Shown here: one piece after another, positions 36,101-59,316 of the stretch | Layout of the letters: every line of letters begins with the position of its first letter | Numbering within the stretch: the stretch's first letter is position 1 | NCBI RefSeq assembly: GCF_035594765.1 | Contig: NC_085841.1 | Location: 240,146,689-240,210,688 of the forward strand | Length of the DNA: 64,000 bases | Source of the DNA: Anolis carolinensis | Taxonomy: Eukaryota | Direction of reading: 5' to 3' | Translations under genes and position numbers: made by a program | The notes under the pieces: generated by a model | Databases searched by the model: none | The model's input: only the letters and a program-made list of their open reading frames with translations | What the model was told of the DNA's origin: nothing

Positions 36101-38963
36101 TATGCAATGCTTCCCCCCCCCCCCATACCCACCCCCATTCTTTTGCAAAACTTTCCTCCACTTCACAAGATTGGGACTGCAGCAGAAGGACATTATTATA
36201 CAAAGAAAAGTGATGGAACAACAGTAATACCGGATTTCTTTACGGATTCTTCCCATCAGTGAAAAGAAACAATCTTGATTCAGATACAATGCAACTATGG
36301 GACAACCACAGCAAAATGCAATAAGCCCAATCAAAAGGTGCTATTATCTTCGCATAATTGCACTTAAGCAACTTTGTGTGATAAAGTCCTAGGTTCCCAT
36401 TCATATCCATGCGGGGACATGAGAGAAGCCTCCCACTAGGATGGTAAAACATCAAATATCCGGGTGTCCCCTGGGCAACGTCCTTGCAGACAGTCAATTC
36501 TCTTGCAGCTTCTCAAGTTGCTCCTGACATGAAAAAATCATATCCCATATTTTGCTGCTTGACGTAACATTGACAATCAAGAGGGAAAGGTGGCACAAAC
36601 TAGGGATGACACAGAACACCAGTGAGCAAATGCTCCGGAAGAAGAGTCTTCACTAAAAATTACAACTAGAAATAATTTCTAGAATTTCTAGTGCAACTTC
36701 TGGATCTGGGTATGGATTAGTGTGTAAAATAAATCCAAATAAAAATCAGTGTTAACTGAACTTTTGGGGTCTTCTCCCCCCCCCCCCCTCCCCACCAACA
36801 CATAATTTTGAAGGCATACTGGAAGCTTTGGCGGAACTGGGGGCTGTACATGACCCACAGAGTTCCCAAACTCTTGAATAAAAAACCCAAGATGTGCATT
36901 CCTTCATCACAGACCTAGAGAAAACTGAGAGAAGAGAGGACTATAAAGGAAGGTTCATCTCCTTTCCTCTTCCAGCCCCCAGACGAGGGACAACCTGCAT
37001 GCCATGGCACAAGCATGCAGGTTCCTTATTACTGTGGCTCCTTATTTCCACTTATCAGAGCTTTGACAAGTAGTGCAAAGAGGCATAACAATATTCTAAT
37101 CCATAACCTACTTTGCAAATATCTCTAACCCACTGGGTATAAACAGGGACAGCTCACTCCACATTCTGAATTCCACAGTTTCTTCTGAGACAAGACATTT
37201 TCCATTGTCAGATACAAAACAGAACTAGAAACATTGTTGGTTTGACAACCAAATAGTTCAGTGTGCCTTAGATAGCTAGGAAATTACATAAACAGGAGGG
37301 AGATGGCCTATTTATCAAGTCTACTGAGCGAAGACAAGCACGGGTTCAAGTTACAGCAAGGCAGACTTTGGTTACATACCAGGATTAAACTTTCCAACTG
37401 TAATGAATGACTAGGCAATTGTCAGGGTCCAGGCTGCAGAGCACCAATAACCATGCGCAGAGACCAGAATCTATCTAATATCTTTATTAAAGAAATATAT
37501 AAAGTCAATAAAAACAAGTGAAGAATATAGTTCAGAAGCAGACCTTTCAGGAAAGGCCAAATATAGTCCAGGAAAATAATGTCCAATATAAGATATTAGA
37601 GTTCAAAGTTATAATCCTTTAACCGAAACACACACTTTGCCAAGCAATAGTGTGGGGAGATGACAAGGTCTTTAGTCCATTGAAGCTTGACAACAAGGCT
37701 GGATCAAAGGCTTGGTTCTTGGCTGGATCAAGGACTTGGAACGTGACAACTTGAAGCATGAAACAAGGTCCGTGGCTAAACGTGAAGCAAGGCAAGACTT
37801 GAAACTAGATCCGGGAAGCAGGGAACAAGGAATACGAAGTCCACACACGATCTCTCTCCTCAAGCTGAACAATTGACTCCGCAAGGTTCCCCTTGCGGCA
37901 AAACCCCTATATAGGGTCTTGTTTTCCCGCCAACAGAACACTTTCCCTGGAGAACAAGAAGTGAAACCCAACTCTGTCCAGATGCATGACTTCTTAGAAT
38001 TTCCCAAGGGAAGCAGACCTAATCAGCTAATTGTCTGGCAGCGATTCTGAGGCTCCGGCGATTAGCCTCCCTGACTCCTCTATCTCTATTATAATTGTCC
38101 TTTCGGGAAAACGGGGGAGAATTCTGCCCAAGGCTTGTTTGGTTAACTTCCTGAGGACAAACATCTTCCAGGTGGCGAGGCTCCGATTCGAGCTGAACCG
38201 GTGGAAATCCCATGTTTTCCTCCTCATCTGCCACAATAGCACTAGGAACGGGACTACAAGGCCCATGAGACATCACAGCAATGGAATGAGTGGCCTTAGG
38301 GGGATTGTGGTGTCATGTTCTCTAACAGGATTTCCAGCTCAATATTTTTATTCAGCAGTAAGCTCAAATGAGCATAAACCCACATCAAACATGAACAAGA
38401 TTGTAACATTATGCCAGAGGTTTAGAACCTCTGCCCTCACTGCCAGTGGTTTGGACTACAGCACTCAGTGCTTTATCATTGGCCATGCTGGGTGGGACAA
38501 AAGGGAATTCTAAATAAAAACATATGGGGAGTTCAATATTCCCCATCTCTATTTTAAAGAAGCTTGAAAATGATGGGGAGTGGGTTACAACAAGTCTATC
38601 ATACTTTGCAAATACCTCTAATCCAATGGGTTGGACTAAGCTGGGATAGGCAAAGTGTGACTCTCCAGACTTTTTGGACTGTAGCTCCCAGCAATCCACA
38701 CAACTGACTGATTATTAAGACTCGTGGGAGTTGCAATTCAACAAAAAGGGATAGAGGGATAACATTTCTCCATCCTACATGAGATAAATTTCAAATTCCA
38801 TCAGTTGCATAAAGTGGCCATACTTGGTGTGTACAATCAGTTATGCAAAAACCCAGATTTTTCTGTGTTATACTCACCCTTCTCCGAGCCTATGAATTGA
38901 AAGGTAACGTTTGTTATTGATAGTGATGGTTCCCCTTGAACAGATACATAGGGCATGGCCCAT
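30163..38963 (-). CDS. STK16: Serine/threonine kinase 16, copy 1; coding exons 38963-38878, 35806-35587, 33766-33633, 33343-33223, 30757-30662, 30506-30385, 30301-30163 (305 aa)
   Basis: N-terminus MGHALCICSRG (myristoylation/palmitoylation motif). Kinase motifs LGEGGFSYV, YALKRI, HRDLKPTN, the atypical DLG, YRAPE and DVWSLG. Exon sizes 86+220+134+121+96+122+139 = 918 nt, all GT-AG. Confidence 0.96.
32131..33090 (+). mobile_element. 5'-truncated CR1 LINE (C-terminal RT region of ORF2 plus 3' tail)
   Basis: [34 protein letters not shown] and VRQWNSLP motifs; frameshifted; ATTCTATGA tail. Confidence 0.93.
34401..34656 (+). mobile_element. Anolis SINE2-like tRNA-derived SINE with TSD
   Basis: A box and B box (GGTTCGAATCC); TSD AGTAATGGCAT at 34390-34400 and 34657-34667. 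Confidence 0.85.
37420..38277 (-). mobile_element. Solo LTR (858 bp) in an STK16 intron, inserted into an old CR1 3' fragment
   Basis: TGTCA...TCACA termini; perfect TSD GCAAT at 37415-37419 and 38278-38282; TATA-like CTATATAG at about 37907; minus-strand AATAAA at about 37483. Confidence 0.85.
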
Positions 38964-39430
38964 GATGGTCACTCCAACATCCTTCTGGCTCTACAGAGGA
39001 TAAGGTAACACAAAATCATATTTAATCTATTTATTGTTATTAGTATTATTATCATCATCCTGCTATTTCATATGTAAATATCCATGGCAGCCAACAATAT
39101 TAAAATCCCCAAACATGCAAACATAGAAAAATATAATAAATGCAACAAAGAGAGACAAAATGACAGCAGTCAAAATAAAAATAGTATGGGTAAGATTCAG
39201 CCAACTGAAGCAATTATTTGTCTGGAGGTGAACAACTGTTTCTGAAGTATGTACATTGGGGATAGGCTAAGTGCAACCACTCGGATATTATTGGACTGTA
39301 GCACCCATCAGTCCTAGCTATATAGCCACTGGTGGAGAATAGTGTGAGTCCACCAACATAAGGCAAGTTGCCCTTTGCCTATCCCTGATATGATGAGTCA
39401 TCCTTGGAAGGAAGATTCAAAATCCAAATA

Positions 39431-39753
39431 CAGTGTTCCCTCACTACTTTGCAGTTCGCTTTTCGCAAACTTGCTGTTTCACATTTTTTTTATAAACACT
39501 AAAATAATATTATAAATTATAAAATAATATTATAAATCCCTCTTTCTACTTACTTCCTAAGGAGAAGCCTAAGGAAGGAAGGAAGGAAGGAGAAGCCGAA
39601 GGGAGAGAAAAGGAGGCTGAAGCAGCTTTGTTTTTGCCTCACAAGGCAGCGGCAGCAGCGGGAGTGTCCCTATATAGCGTCCCTATTTCGCTGATTTTCA
39701 CTTATTGCGGGTGGTCCTGGAACGTAACCCCCGCGATAAGTGAGGGAACATTG
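39431..39753. mobile_element. Tc1/mariner-type MITE
   Basis: TIR CAGTGTTCCCTCACT / AGTGAGGGAACATTG with TA TSD. Confidence 0.75.
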
Positions 39754-41039
39754 TATAGCCACTGAGAAGACCCTCAACGATACCAATCACATTTTATATA
39801 TTGATAGGATATTAATAAGAGACTTTTTATTGGGACCAATCATTCTTCAAATAGGTTATACAGTTGGAAAGGAACACAATTCCAATCTGTTGGCCACAAA
39901 TGGGATTATCTACCAACCAGCTTCCCCTTCCCGGCAGTTCATTCACTTTAAAGTTAACAATCCACAATAATCAAATAAGCTCAGACTACTCCAGCAACTG
40001 ACTCAAGTCAGATGTTTTGGGGAAGGACTCTCTATCTTTCAAGCTATCACTAGCAAATTCTCAGAGCAGATCAGGAGGGGGAGGGTGAATTCCAAAGCCA
40101 TAAATGGCACTTAGATATGCAATGCGAGAAGAAATGTTTACTCATTTTCTAAAAGGAAACATCCTGGTTACATAGAACAGAGTCTGTAGTTTCGGCAATC
40201 CTCTGCACAGCCCAAGGAAAGTGAAACACCAGTATTTATTTGAACAGGGAAGTACGTAAGTAAAACACTTCTGTTGTATTTATTGTTGTTTTAAATTTTA
40301 TTTCAACAGATAGATTACAGTTATGGGGAAAGGGGGAAAAATCACAGACACAAAATCCAAAATAAATTAGCTATTACAATTCAATTCAATGCGAATGATT
40401 CATACTAAAGATTGGAACCAGATAATTAGAAGGAATTATTTGCAAGTAATGTGCCAACTGAACAAAATGTCACTCCTATAATTATCAATATTGGGAAATA
40501 TTGCAGCAGACAAAATGCAACTACTTCCAAACCCCTTCTGTTTACTCCCAGCATAGGCATACTATGCATACTTTGCTGCAACATTCCTATTGTGATACAT
40601 ATTTGGCTTCAATCCATCAGAAGAAAACAGCCTCACCAGTATGCAGTGGATATTCACACATATTAACAACTTGCAAAGAAAGAGGGGAAATTGAATTTCA
40701 GGATGCTTTTCAAACACTTGTGGACAGAAGTCAGGCATCCTATTACAGTGTGCACTTGTAAAACATGGTTTCTAACAATGCCTTATCTAAGTCAGTGGTT
40801 CCCAATCTTTTTTTGGCCATGCCCCACCTAAGCATATCTTAAATCCTGATGCCCCCCGCCCATGACATATAATTCTTATTATTAAAAAATGAACTCTATT
40901 TACATAGAGGAAGCCTAAAAGGCCTTAACAAGCTTCCAAAAACATGGCATCCATAAAAGATAAAAATTAAAGAACAAATTGATTTGACTAATCTGCACTG
41001 AATTCAGGGTAACTTAAATGTTCAACTTCATGGCATGTA

Positions 41040-41459
41040 CCGTGTTTCCCCGAAAATAAGACAGTGTCTTATATTAATTTTTGTTCCCAAAGATGTGCTA
41101 GGTCTTATTTTCAGGGGATGTCTTATTTTTCCATGAAGAAAAATTCACTTTTATTGTTGAACAAAAAAAAAGAACATTTATTATATACTGTACAGTAGAT
41201 ATCATCACAAACCAGCATAACGAGACAAACTGTGAATCATATCAAGAATTTCTTGTTACTACCATTATTTTCATGTACAGCAATCTATGGTACGTATATT
41301 TACCAATCCTGCATGCTCTGGTGTTCTGTTTGGCAGGCATGCTTCCAAACAAAAACTTTGCTAGGTCTTACTTTCAGGGGAGGCCTTATATTTAGCAATT
41401 CAGCAAAATTTCTACTAGGTCTTATTTTCTGGGGATGTCTTATTTTCGGGGAAACAGGG
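41040..41459. mobile_element. Tigger-like MITE
   Basis: TIR CCGTGTTTCCCCGAAAATAAGAC / GTCTTATTTTCGGGGAAACAGG with TA TSD. Confidence 0.8.
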
Positions 41460-42522
41460 TATTTGGTGAGAATATGCAAGAATATCCTGTCACCTGACAT
41501 TAATTTTCTTGCGGCTGATAATCTTTTGTAATTTTTTCCATACAAACATATTGACTTACCTATGAAAATAATAATTACGCTTTGGATTTTTTTACAGATT
41601 TATTGCTGCATTCATGTACAGAACAAAAAGACACACACACTATAGCTTGTAATGTTAAAAGAACACTGAGTGAGGTGTTTGGCATGAAAGTAGCCTCCCT
41701 TTTCTGTGCTCATGCCAGTGGTTCTCAACTTGGGGTCCCCAAATGGTTTTGGCCTTCAACTCCCAGAAATCCTAACAGCTGGTAAACTAGCTGGGATTTC
41801 TGGGAGTTGTAGGCTAAAAACATCTGGGGACTCCAGGTTGAGATCCACTGCTCTATGCTCTCCCCACTCCTTTCTCTCTATAAGCAGGCTTCCCCTCATG
41901 TACATTCTGATTTTAATTTTATAAATGTGTATGTCACTATATATAGCACACACACATACACACACACACATATATAGAGGCAGTCTGCAAATTACAAACA
42001 TTCAACTTACATACAACTCATAGTTAGGAACAGGGGTGAAGCAACAGGAAGTGAGAGAAATCTACCCCTAGGAAGGGAAATTCACTCCTGAAAGAGTTAT
42101 CATGAGGAAAAGGGGCCTCCACTGAAGTTTTATCGCCAATCCTTTTTGCCACAGCAAGCCAAATCTTTCAAATCCAATTATCACAGGGACAGAAAGTGAC
42201 TTGAAGTCTTATGAACAGGGTCACAGACAGCAAACCAAACAAGACAGCGGTGTTAACTCTTCCCTATGCTCTCTAGATCATATACACATGCATATTTCGC
42301 TGGAGTTATAAATTCAACTTAAGAACAAACCTACAGAACCTATCTAGTTCGTAACTTGGGGACTGCCTGTATATGTGTGTGTATAGTGTATATGAAGTCC
42401 CTAGAACCATAAGAAATACAAAAAATTAACTGTTAATAACTCATTCTTGAAAAAGAGAGACACCATTTCAGTAAACTAAGACTGATCATTACGAAATAAA
42501 GGGAAAGCACTCTAGAAACAGA

Positions 42523-43290
42523 TAGAATCATAGAGTTGGAAGAGACCACAAGGGCCATCCAGTCCAACCCCCTGCCATGCAGGCATTAAAACACCCTCAA
42601 TAGATGGCCATTCAGCTTCTGCTTAAAAACCTCCAGAGGAGGAGAGACCACCACACTCTGAGGCAGCATACTCCACTGCCATACAGCTCTTACTATAAGG
42701 AAGTTCTTTCTAATATTTAGGTGGAATCTCTTTTCCTGCAATTTGATTCCATTGCTCTGTGTCCTAGTCTCCAGAAGACAAGTCTGCTCCCTCTTCCTTA
42801 TGACATCCTTTCAAATATTTAAACATGGCCATGATGTCCCCTCTGTCTTCTCTTCTCCAAGCTGAACATCCCCTGCTCCCTAAGCTGCTTCTCATAGGGC
42901 TTGGTTTCCAAACCTTTGATAATTTCTTTAAAATGTTCCAGCTTGTCATGCTTCCTTCTTGAATTGTGGTGCCCAGAAATGGACACAATATTCCCGGTGA
43001 GGTCTGACCAAAGCAGAATAGAGTAGGACTACAACTTCTCTCGATCTTGACATTATACTCCTATTGATGCAGCCTAGAATCACATTGGCGCTTTTAGCTA
43101 CTGCACCACACTGCTGACTTGCACTTGTGGTTCCTCTGACACTCCTAGATCCCTTTCACATGGACTGATGTCAAGCCAAGTGTCACCCCTTTTATATCTG
43201 TGCATTCCATTTTATTGCCTAAATGCAGAACCTCACACTTGTCCCTGTTGAATTTCATTGCGTTGCTTTGAGCTCTGCTCCCCAGTCTGT
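42523..43290 (-). mobile_element. Degenerate CR1 LINE 3' fragment
   Basis: Reverse-complement CR1 tail (ATAGAATCATAGAGTTGGAAGAGACC) and degraded ORF2 (GDIMAMFKYLKGCHKEEG). Confidence 0.85.
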
Positions 43291-43633
43291 TAAAGGGTGC
43301 ACCTACACTGTTTGGTACCACTTGGACTGTTGTGGTTCAATGCTATGAAATCCTAGTAGCTGCAGTTTTACAAAGCCTTTATCATCCCTCTCTTCCCAAG
43401 TGAGCTGGTGCTCACCAAACTACAACTCCTATGATTCCACAGCACCGAGCCATGGCAGTTAAAGAAATGCCAAACAGAGTTAATTCTGTTTTCAAAAGCT
43501 TTCATGGCTGGAATTGCTGGGTTGCTGTGAGTTTTCCGGGCTGTGTGGCCATGCTCCAGAAGCTTTTTCTCCTGATGTTACACCCACATCTGTGGCAGGC
43601 ATCCTCAGAGGTTGTGAGGTCTGTTGGAAACTA

Positions 43634-44099
43634 GTCCTGTTTAAGGAGCTCCACTGGCTGCCGTTTATTTTCCAGACCCAATTCAAGGTGCAGGTGTTGA
43701 CCTACAAAGCCCTGAATGGTTTGGGACCCACTTACCTTTCTGACCACATCTCCCCTTATGAACCTGCACGATCCCTTCATTCGTCGGGGGAGGCCCTCCT
43801 CTCGCTTCCGCCTCCGTCACAAGTGCGGTTGGTGGGGATGAGGGAGAGGGCCTTCTTCGTGGCAGCCCCCCGGCTCTGGAACACGCTCCCGGGGGAAATT
43901 AGGCAAGCTGTCACCTTGGAAGTGTTCAGGAAGAGCCTGAAAACCTGGCTCTTCACACAGGCTTTTGAATAAGTACCACCCACTGTACGCTAAACCCTTA
44001 TACTAGCGGTTACTTCTGACCAGTTGTACCTGTTGGTTAACTCCTTGACATAGGCACAGAGTTCACCCCAGTTTAAGGTTCTCCCCATGATCTTATAGC
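43634..44099 (+). mobile_element. L2-type LINE 3' fragment, truncated at the duplication junction
   Basis: Encodes ELHWLP..FKVQVLTYKALNGLGPTYL..RAFFVAAPRLWNTLP..FRKSLKTWLF, a typical L2 ORF2 C-terminus. No (TAAA)n tail precedes 44100. Confidence 0.8.
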
Positions 44100-46417
44100 A
44101 TAGGGGGCCCTACCACTAAGGCCCTTTCCACACTGCCACATAATCCAGATCAACAAAGCAAATAATCCACATTATCTGTTTTGAACTGGATTTTATTTAT
44201 TTGTTTGTTTGTTTTCTATCTCACCTCGCAGGGGACTCAGAGCGGCGTACACCATATATTTAGGCAAACATTCAATGAGTTTTATGGGCTGTATGACAAT
44301 GTTCCAGAAGCATTCCCTCCTGACGTTTCACCCACATCTCTGGCAGGCATCCTAAGAGGTTGTGAGGTTTGTTGGAAACTGGGCAAATGGGGTTTATATA
44401 TCTGTGGAATGTCCAGGGTGGGAGAAAGAACTTTTGTCTGTTGGAGACAACCTTGAATGTTGCAATTGGCCAGCTTGATTAGCATTGAATAGCCTTGCAG
44501 CTTCAAAGCCTGGCTGTTTCCTGCCTGGGGGAATCCTTCGGAAGTGTTAGCTGGCCCTGATTGTTTCCTGTCTGGAGTTCCTCTGTTTTTTGAGTGTTGA
44601 TCTTTATTTACTGTCCTGATTTTAAGCCAGGTGGCCAATTGCAATATTCACACTCTCCACAAACAGACAAAAGTTCTTTCTCCCATTCAGGGGATTCCAC
44701 AGACATATAAATCTCACTTGCCTAGTTTCCATCAGACCTCACAACCTTGAAGGATGCCTGCCATAGATGTGGGTGAAACGTCAGGAGAGAATGCTTCTGG
44801 AACATGGCGATACAGCCCGGAAAACTCACAGCAGCCCAGTGATTCCTGCAATGAAAGCCTTCAACAACACATTAAACATTCAATGCCTCAATTATACAAC
44901 TATTAAAAACATAACATAACATCATTAAAACAGTAGACATAAACAATTTAAAACCAACAGCATTAAACATAATCTAGTACACAATTACCACGTTACACAA
45001 ATCCTTAGTTATAATTCAGCTGCTTCATTTCCACTGTCTACACTGCCATATAATCCAGTTCAAAGCAGATGATCTGGATTTTATATGGCAGTGTAGAAGG
45101 GGCCTAAATATGCATGCAATCTAACACCACTTCAACTGCCATGGCTCAATGCAGTAGATTCATGGAAGCTGTAGTTTTTTGAGGTACCAGCAATCTTTTA
45201 CAGAGAAGGCTTTGAAGGCCTTGTAAAACAACAACTCACAGGATCCCCTAGCATTGAGCCATGGTATCAAACTGCATTCATTCTACAATGTAGGTGCACC
45301 CTACAAAACCAGGCACAGAATATGTAGATCATGTACTTTTTAGGGTGGCAAATTAAAGATGAGATGGGATATTGGCACACTTTTCTTACCAAAGATGGAC
45401 CCTAGCACCAGCCAGGGCCAATGAGAGAGGACTTCAGCTTATACATCAGTCTGGGACTAGAAGCCAAGGAGGAGCTCCTATGCATTTCTGACATCGGTAG
45501 CTGCCTGCTTTGTTTGTATTTTATCATAATCATATTTTTCTACAAAACTGAAAACAGAAACTATAATATTTCATGTTATAAGTACTATTATTTTTGTTGA
45601 AAATAATTAAGATCCTTAAATTGTTGAGAGGAGTCCTCAACACCTAGGTCCCAAAACCATTTCTGTGGCTGCATCTATACTGTTGAATTAATGCAGTTTG
45701 ACACCTCTTTCAGTGCCATGGCTCAATGCTATGGAATCCTGGGAATTTGCACACTCTTTTGCTTTCTCACTTCATCACATTTATTAAATTCTACTGGGTC
45801 TTATACTTAAAATCTGGTAACCCACTGTGTTCATCACATTAGGTTGGATTCAAGTGTAGAGCAGAGCATTATTTCCATATTTTAAGCATGAGGCCAGCAT
45901 TCTTTTCAAATGTTTCAGGAGGTGGTGGGAAAGTGGATTTTGGGAAAAGATTCGGATGAATGGCCAGTTCAGTAATGTGATGGCATTCATTGCTCTCAGG
46001 ATTAAAATGAGACATGTCCCCAATTTGTGGGAGGGGAAATCGTGGGAGGTGCCAAGATAGCCTTGTTAGAGAAAGTGTATTGTGCCATGTCTCCATGCTG
46101 TGCAGTCCTGGGAGTTATAGTTTCCCAAGGTCCATACCCTTCTCTGGGTGCATTTACACTATGGAATGAATGCTCTTGGACCCCACTTTGAATACCATAG
46201 CTCCATACTATGCATTCCTGGGAGTTTAGTTTCCCAAGGTCCATACCCTTCTCTGGGTGCATTTACATTATGGAATGAATGCTCTTGGACCCCACTTTGA
46301 ATACCATAGCTCCATACTATGCATTCCTGGGAGTTATAGTTTCCCAAAGTGCATACACTTCTCTGGGTCCATCTGCACTGGAGAATAAATGCAGTAGGGA
46401 CCCATTTTAAATGCAAG

Positions 46418-46465
<48 letters not shown>

Positions 46466-46995
46466 CATGTCTCCATGCTGTGCAGTCTTGGGAGTAAGAG
46501 TTTTCCAAGGTCCATACCATTCTTTTGGTGCATTTACAATACGGGGTGAATGCCCTTGCACCCCACTTTAAATCCCATGACTCCATGCAATGGAGTCCTC
46601 CTGGGAGTTATAATTTCCCAAAGTCAATGCACTTCTCTGGGTGTATCTACACTGTGCAGCTGGACCTTACTTTAAATGCCATGTCAGCATGAGATGGTCT
46701 TGGGAACTGCAGTTTTCCAAGGTCCGTGAACCTTCTCTGGGTGCATCTACACCATGAACTGACGGCAGCTGGGCCTAAGGCTGTTAGGAATGGTGGGAGT
46801 TGAAGTCCAAAACTCCTGGCGGGAAGGCCCAAGTTTGCCCCAGCCTCTGAGTCTGGGCTCCCAGCACTGCGAAATGCTTGTCTATTTCTGTCTCTCTGGC
46901 GTGGAAAGAGCCAGCACGGCGGAGATGGGGGATTTACAGGGAGTAAGCTGCCGAGCTAACACGACAAAAGCCTCCCATCAACAAACAACCTTTAA

Positions 46996-47162
46996 GGGCA
47001 TTGAGGGGCGGGGCATTGCCTGGCCCCGCCCCCTCCCGAGAGGCCCCGCCCCTCCCTTATAAGACCAATGCGGCAGGGCAGCGGGCACTAGGCGTTGCTG
47101 CTTCTCATAGAGATATCGTCGCCCGTACTCTGAAGTGAGAGCTTAGCCCCGCCGTTTGCACC
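46996..47162 (+). promoter_or_regulatory. TUBA4A core promoter and 5' UTR, copy 2
   Basis: Duplicate of 17470-17636 with GC boxes, TATAA and CCAAT retained. Confidence 0.8.
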
Positions 47163-56649
<9,487 letters not shown>

Positions 56650-59316
56650 CTACAGATGGCCTTTGTTTGGACCTTCTTTTCCATTAAAGTATGCTTGGCT
56701 TTAATTGCATTCCTGTCAAAAGTGTCTTTCTTGCCCAAGATTGTGGTTTCTCCATTCTCATAATGTAGCTCCACTGAATACAGTTCTTTTTCAGTGTCAC
56801 CAAGTAGTAATAGCTGTTTCCTTGCTCTGTGGCAGGATGTGAAAATGGGAAGTACATTTCTTAGCAGCGAAAATTGAGCAACATTGTGGAACAGTATTGC
56901 TTCTGATTTTTTTTTTTAAACCCTTACTACTGGAACATGATAAAGTGAAACACTGATTCTCAAGGTCCTGGGAAAGTATCTTTCTTTTGGTCTGGATGTT
57001 TTGTGACAGGCTATACCCACTGTGTGACTGCTATTTTGCAACTTGCCACACTCACTCTTGCAGCCATTTTGTGACTCTTCATACAGTTCCCTGAAAACTC
57101 ATAAACTCCTTTAAATAAGATAAGCAGAATAGGATTAGCCAATAAGTTTGTCAGTCAGTGGGAGCTAAAGAAATCTATGGGTATCTCTATCTACTTCCCT
57201 CATTCTGGTAAAGATTTCAGATGCAGATCATCAAAACGCCTGTATTGCACTCTTTCTCCAAAATGCTGAGCAGCATTTCACTGCACATCAATCTTTTTCT
57301 AATGCACTCATGATTTGCCTAGGAGAATTTTGCCAAGGCTTAATTTGAAAAGAAGCATTTTGTATGTGTGTCACATCTAGTACTCAGAAGGTTTTGGCTG
57401 CCTTACTGAAGTAAATATGGCAGTTTACAGCATTGTGTCCGTAGATATAATTTTGAATGAAAACATTCATAAATCAGAACCATTGGATATGCAAAAACAA
57501 AAACATAACCCTATATCCACTTCCAGCTGGGCTAATGACAGGTAATGCTTAATGCGATGAAAAGACATTATAAAGGTTCATGGATTTGCCCTGCATCAGG
57601 GCGATTCCATGGGCTCCTGGGGGAGGGGCATGGAGAAGCTGCCGCTTCACACCCCGCATTGCCCAACTTTCCATGTTCCTTATCCCATGGGGGAAAATGT
57701 TGCTGCCCAGCTCCCCCACCAGTTGAAAGGAAGGCATCGCAGGAAGGCTCACGTGTTGTTGCGGCAGTGGCCTGTGATGAGGTTGTACAGAGTCTTTGGG
57801 AAAACAACAGAGCCAGGCTAGAAAGCGTTAGTTAAGGCTTTCTATTTTCCATTTCTCAACCTTTCTATCTCTTAAAACACTACATCTGCTTTTCTATCCT
57901 GTTTTAGATTAGAAATGTTTTCTTTAACATCATAAAAACCTTTTTGTATTAGATAACAATGTAAGAAGATGAAAGTGTAAGGTGTTAAAATGCCCATTCT
58001 ATATTCACTATTGTACCCTTCCACATTGCTTGTATATTTGCAATATAAATTATATGGGGAAAAATCTTCAGCTCACAGAACAATTTAAAATCTGGAGAAA
58101 AAGCAATAGCTTCCCCTTTTCTACCTGCTGTTTTTTAAAACTGCTTAATCATTCATCTATGAATTTCACAATTGCTGGGCTACTTAGAAGAGAGTCCAAC
58201 TTGAAAAAATCTTCTGGCCCCAAGTTAGTCTCCAGTAGCCTTGCCAACCTATGATCCACCCTCCTCCATACAAGGCGGAGATCCAATCCTCTTCCACTCC
58301 ACTTTTTTCTGTATACACAAGTACAGTATCACAAGAATAAAAAGAGATGTGCCAGTCTTCATCCACCCTCATAAACGGAGGTGAGTGATATGTTTATGGT
58401 ATGAACCTCCTTGGCCTTTCTATACTTTCATTTACACACTGATGCTCGCCCTGGCACCATTTTCTTTCAATACAAATGCTTTCTATCTGCTAACCTTGTC
58501 AAGAACAGCCACTGCACTTGCTGAATTTGTCTTATGAGTGAATTCTTAAGACAAAGGTGTGGCAGCTCTACACAAAACTAACCTTTTGGACTGTGTGAAG
58601 AATACATACTATAATTGGATATTATACATTTGTCTGGAGTTCGTGTTCATTGGAAATCACTGGAACCTGAGTCAGTTAAACAAGATTTCCTATTCTATAC
58701 CACTCAACCTCCCTTCACCTAAACAATTAGATTAGCAAAAATTAGACAAACATGGCTAATACACAATGATATAGAAGCCACTTGATGTAGAAGAGGAAAC
58801 TGACCGAAGTGAAATGAATAGGTAAGAAAAAAACAGTATGGTTAGGTCATCCCGTTCATTCCTCAACTTAAAAACCACTGATGCAGCTGCATTGTAAAGA
58901 CTTTATTGAACACATAGGCACTGAGGGTGTGCCTGCACCAAAATAAATAGGGCGCCAGTCCCTCAATAATTAGCCGCAAGCAATACTTAAGATTTTTAAA
59001 AAGCTGGCCATTTCCCCATCTATTGTTGAGGTCCCTTGTACAACATCCTATGAAGGGAGCTGGTAAGTTGCCAAACAGACCAGCTGAGACCCAAATATAT
59101 TCTTGAGGTGCATGCTTGGACACCAGTGAGAATGGCAAGGTAACTGCCAAGAAAGTCCCAAACTTATCAGCTCCAAAGCAAGAGGTGGCCCCACTCTGGA
59201 AAGTGGCAAGCACAGAACAGAACATACCATGTCCTGGCTTTGAACTTAACCTCTTGAGGTCCCATTTGGGCGGCAACGCCTCTCCTGGCCCCATCTCTAC
59301 TACACATTCAGTGGGC

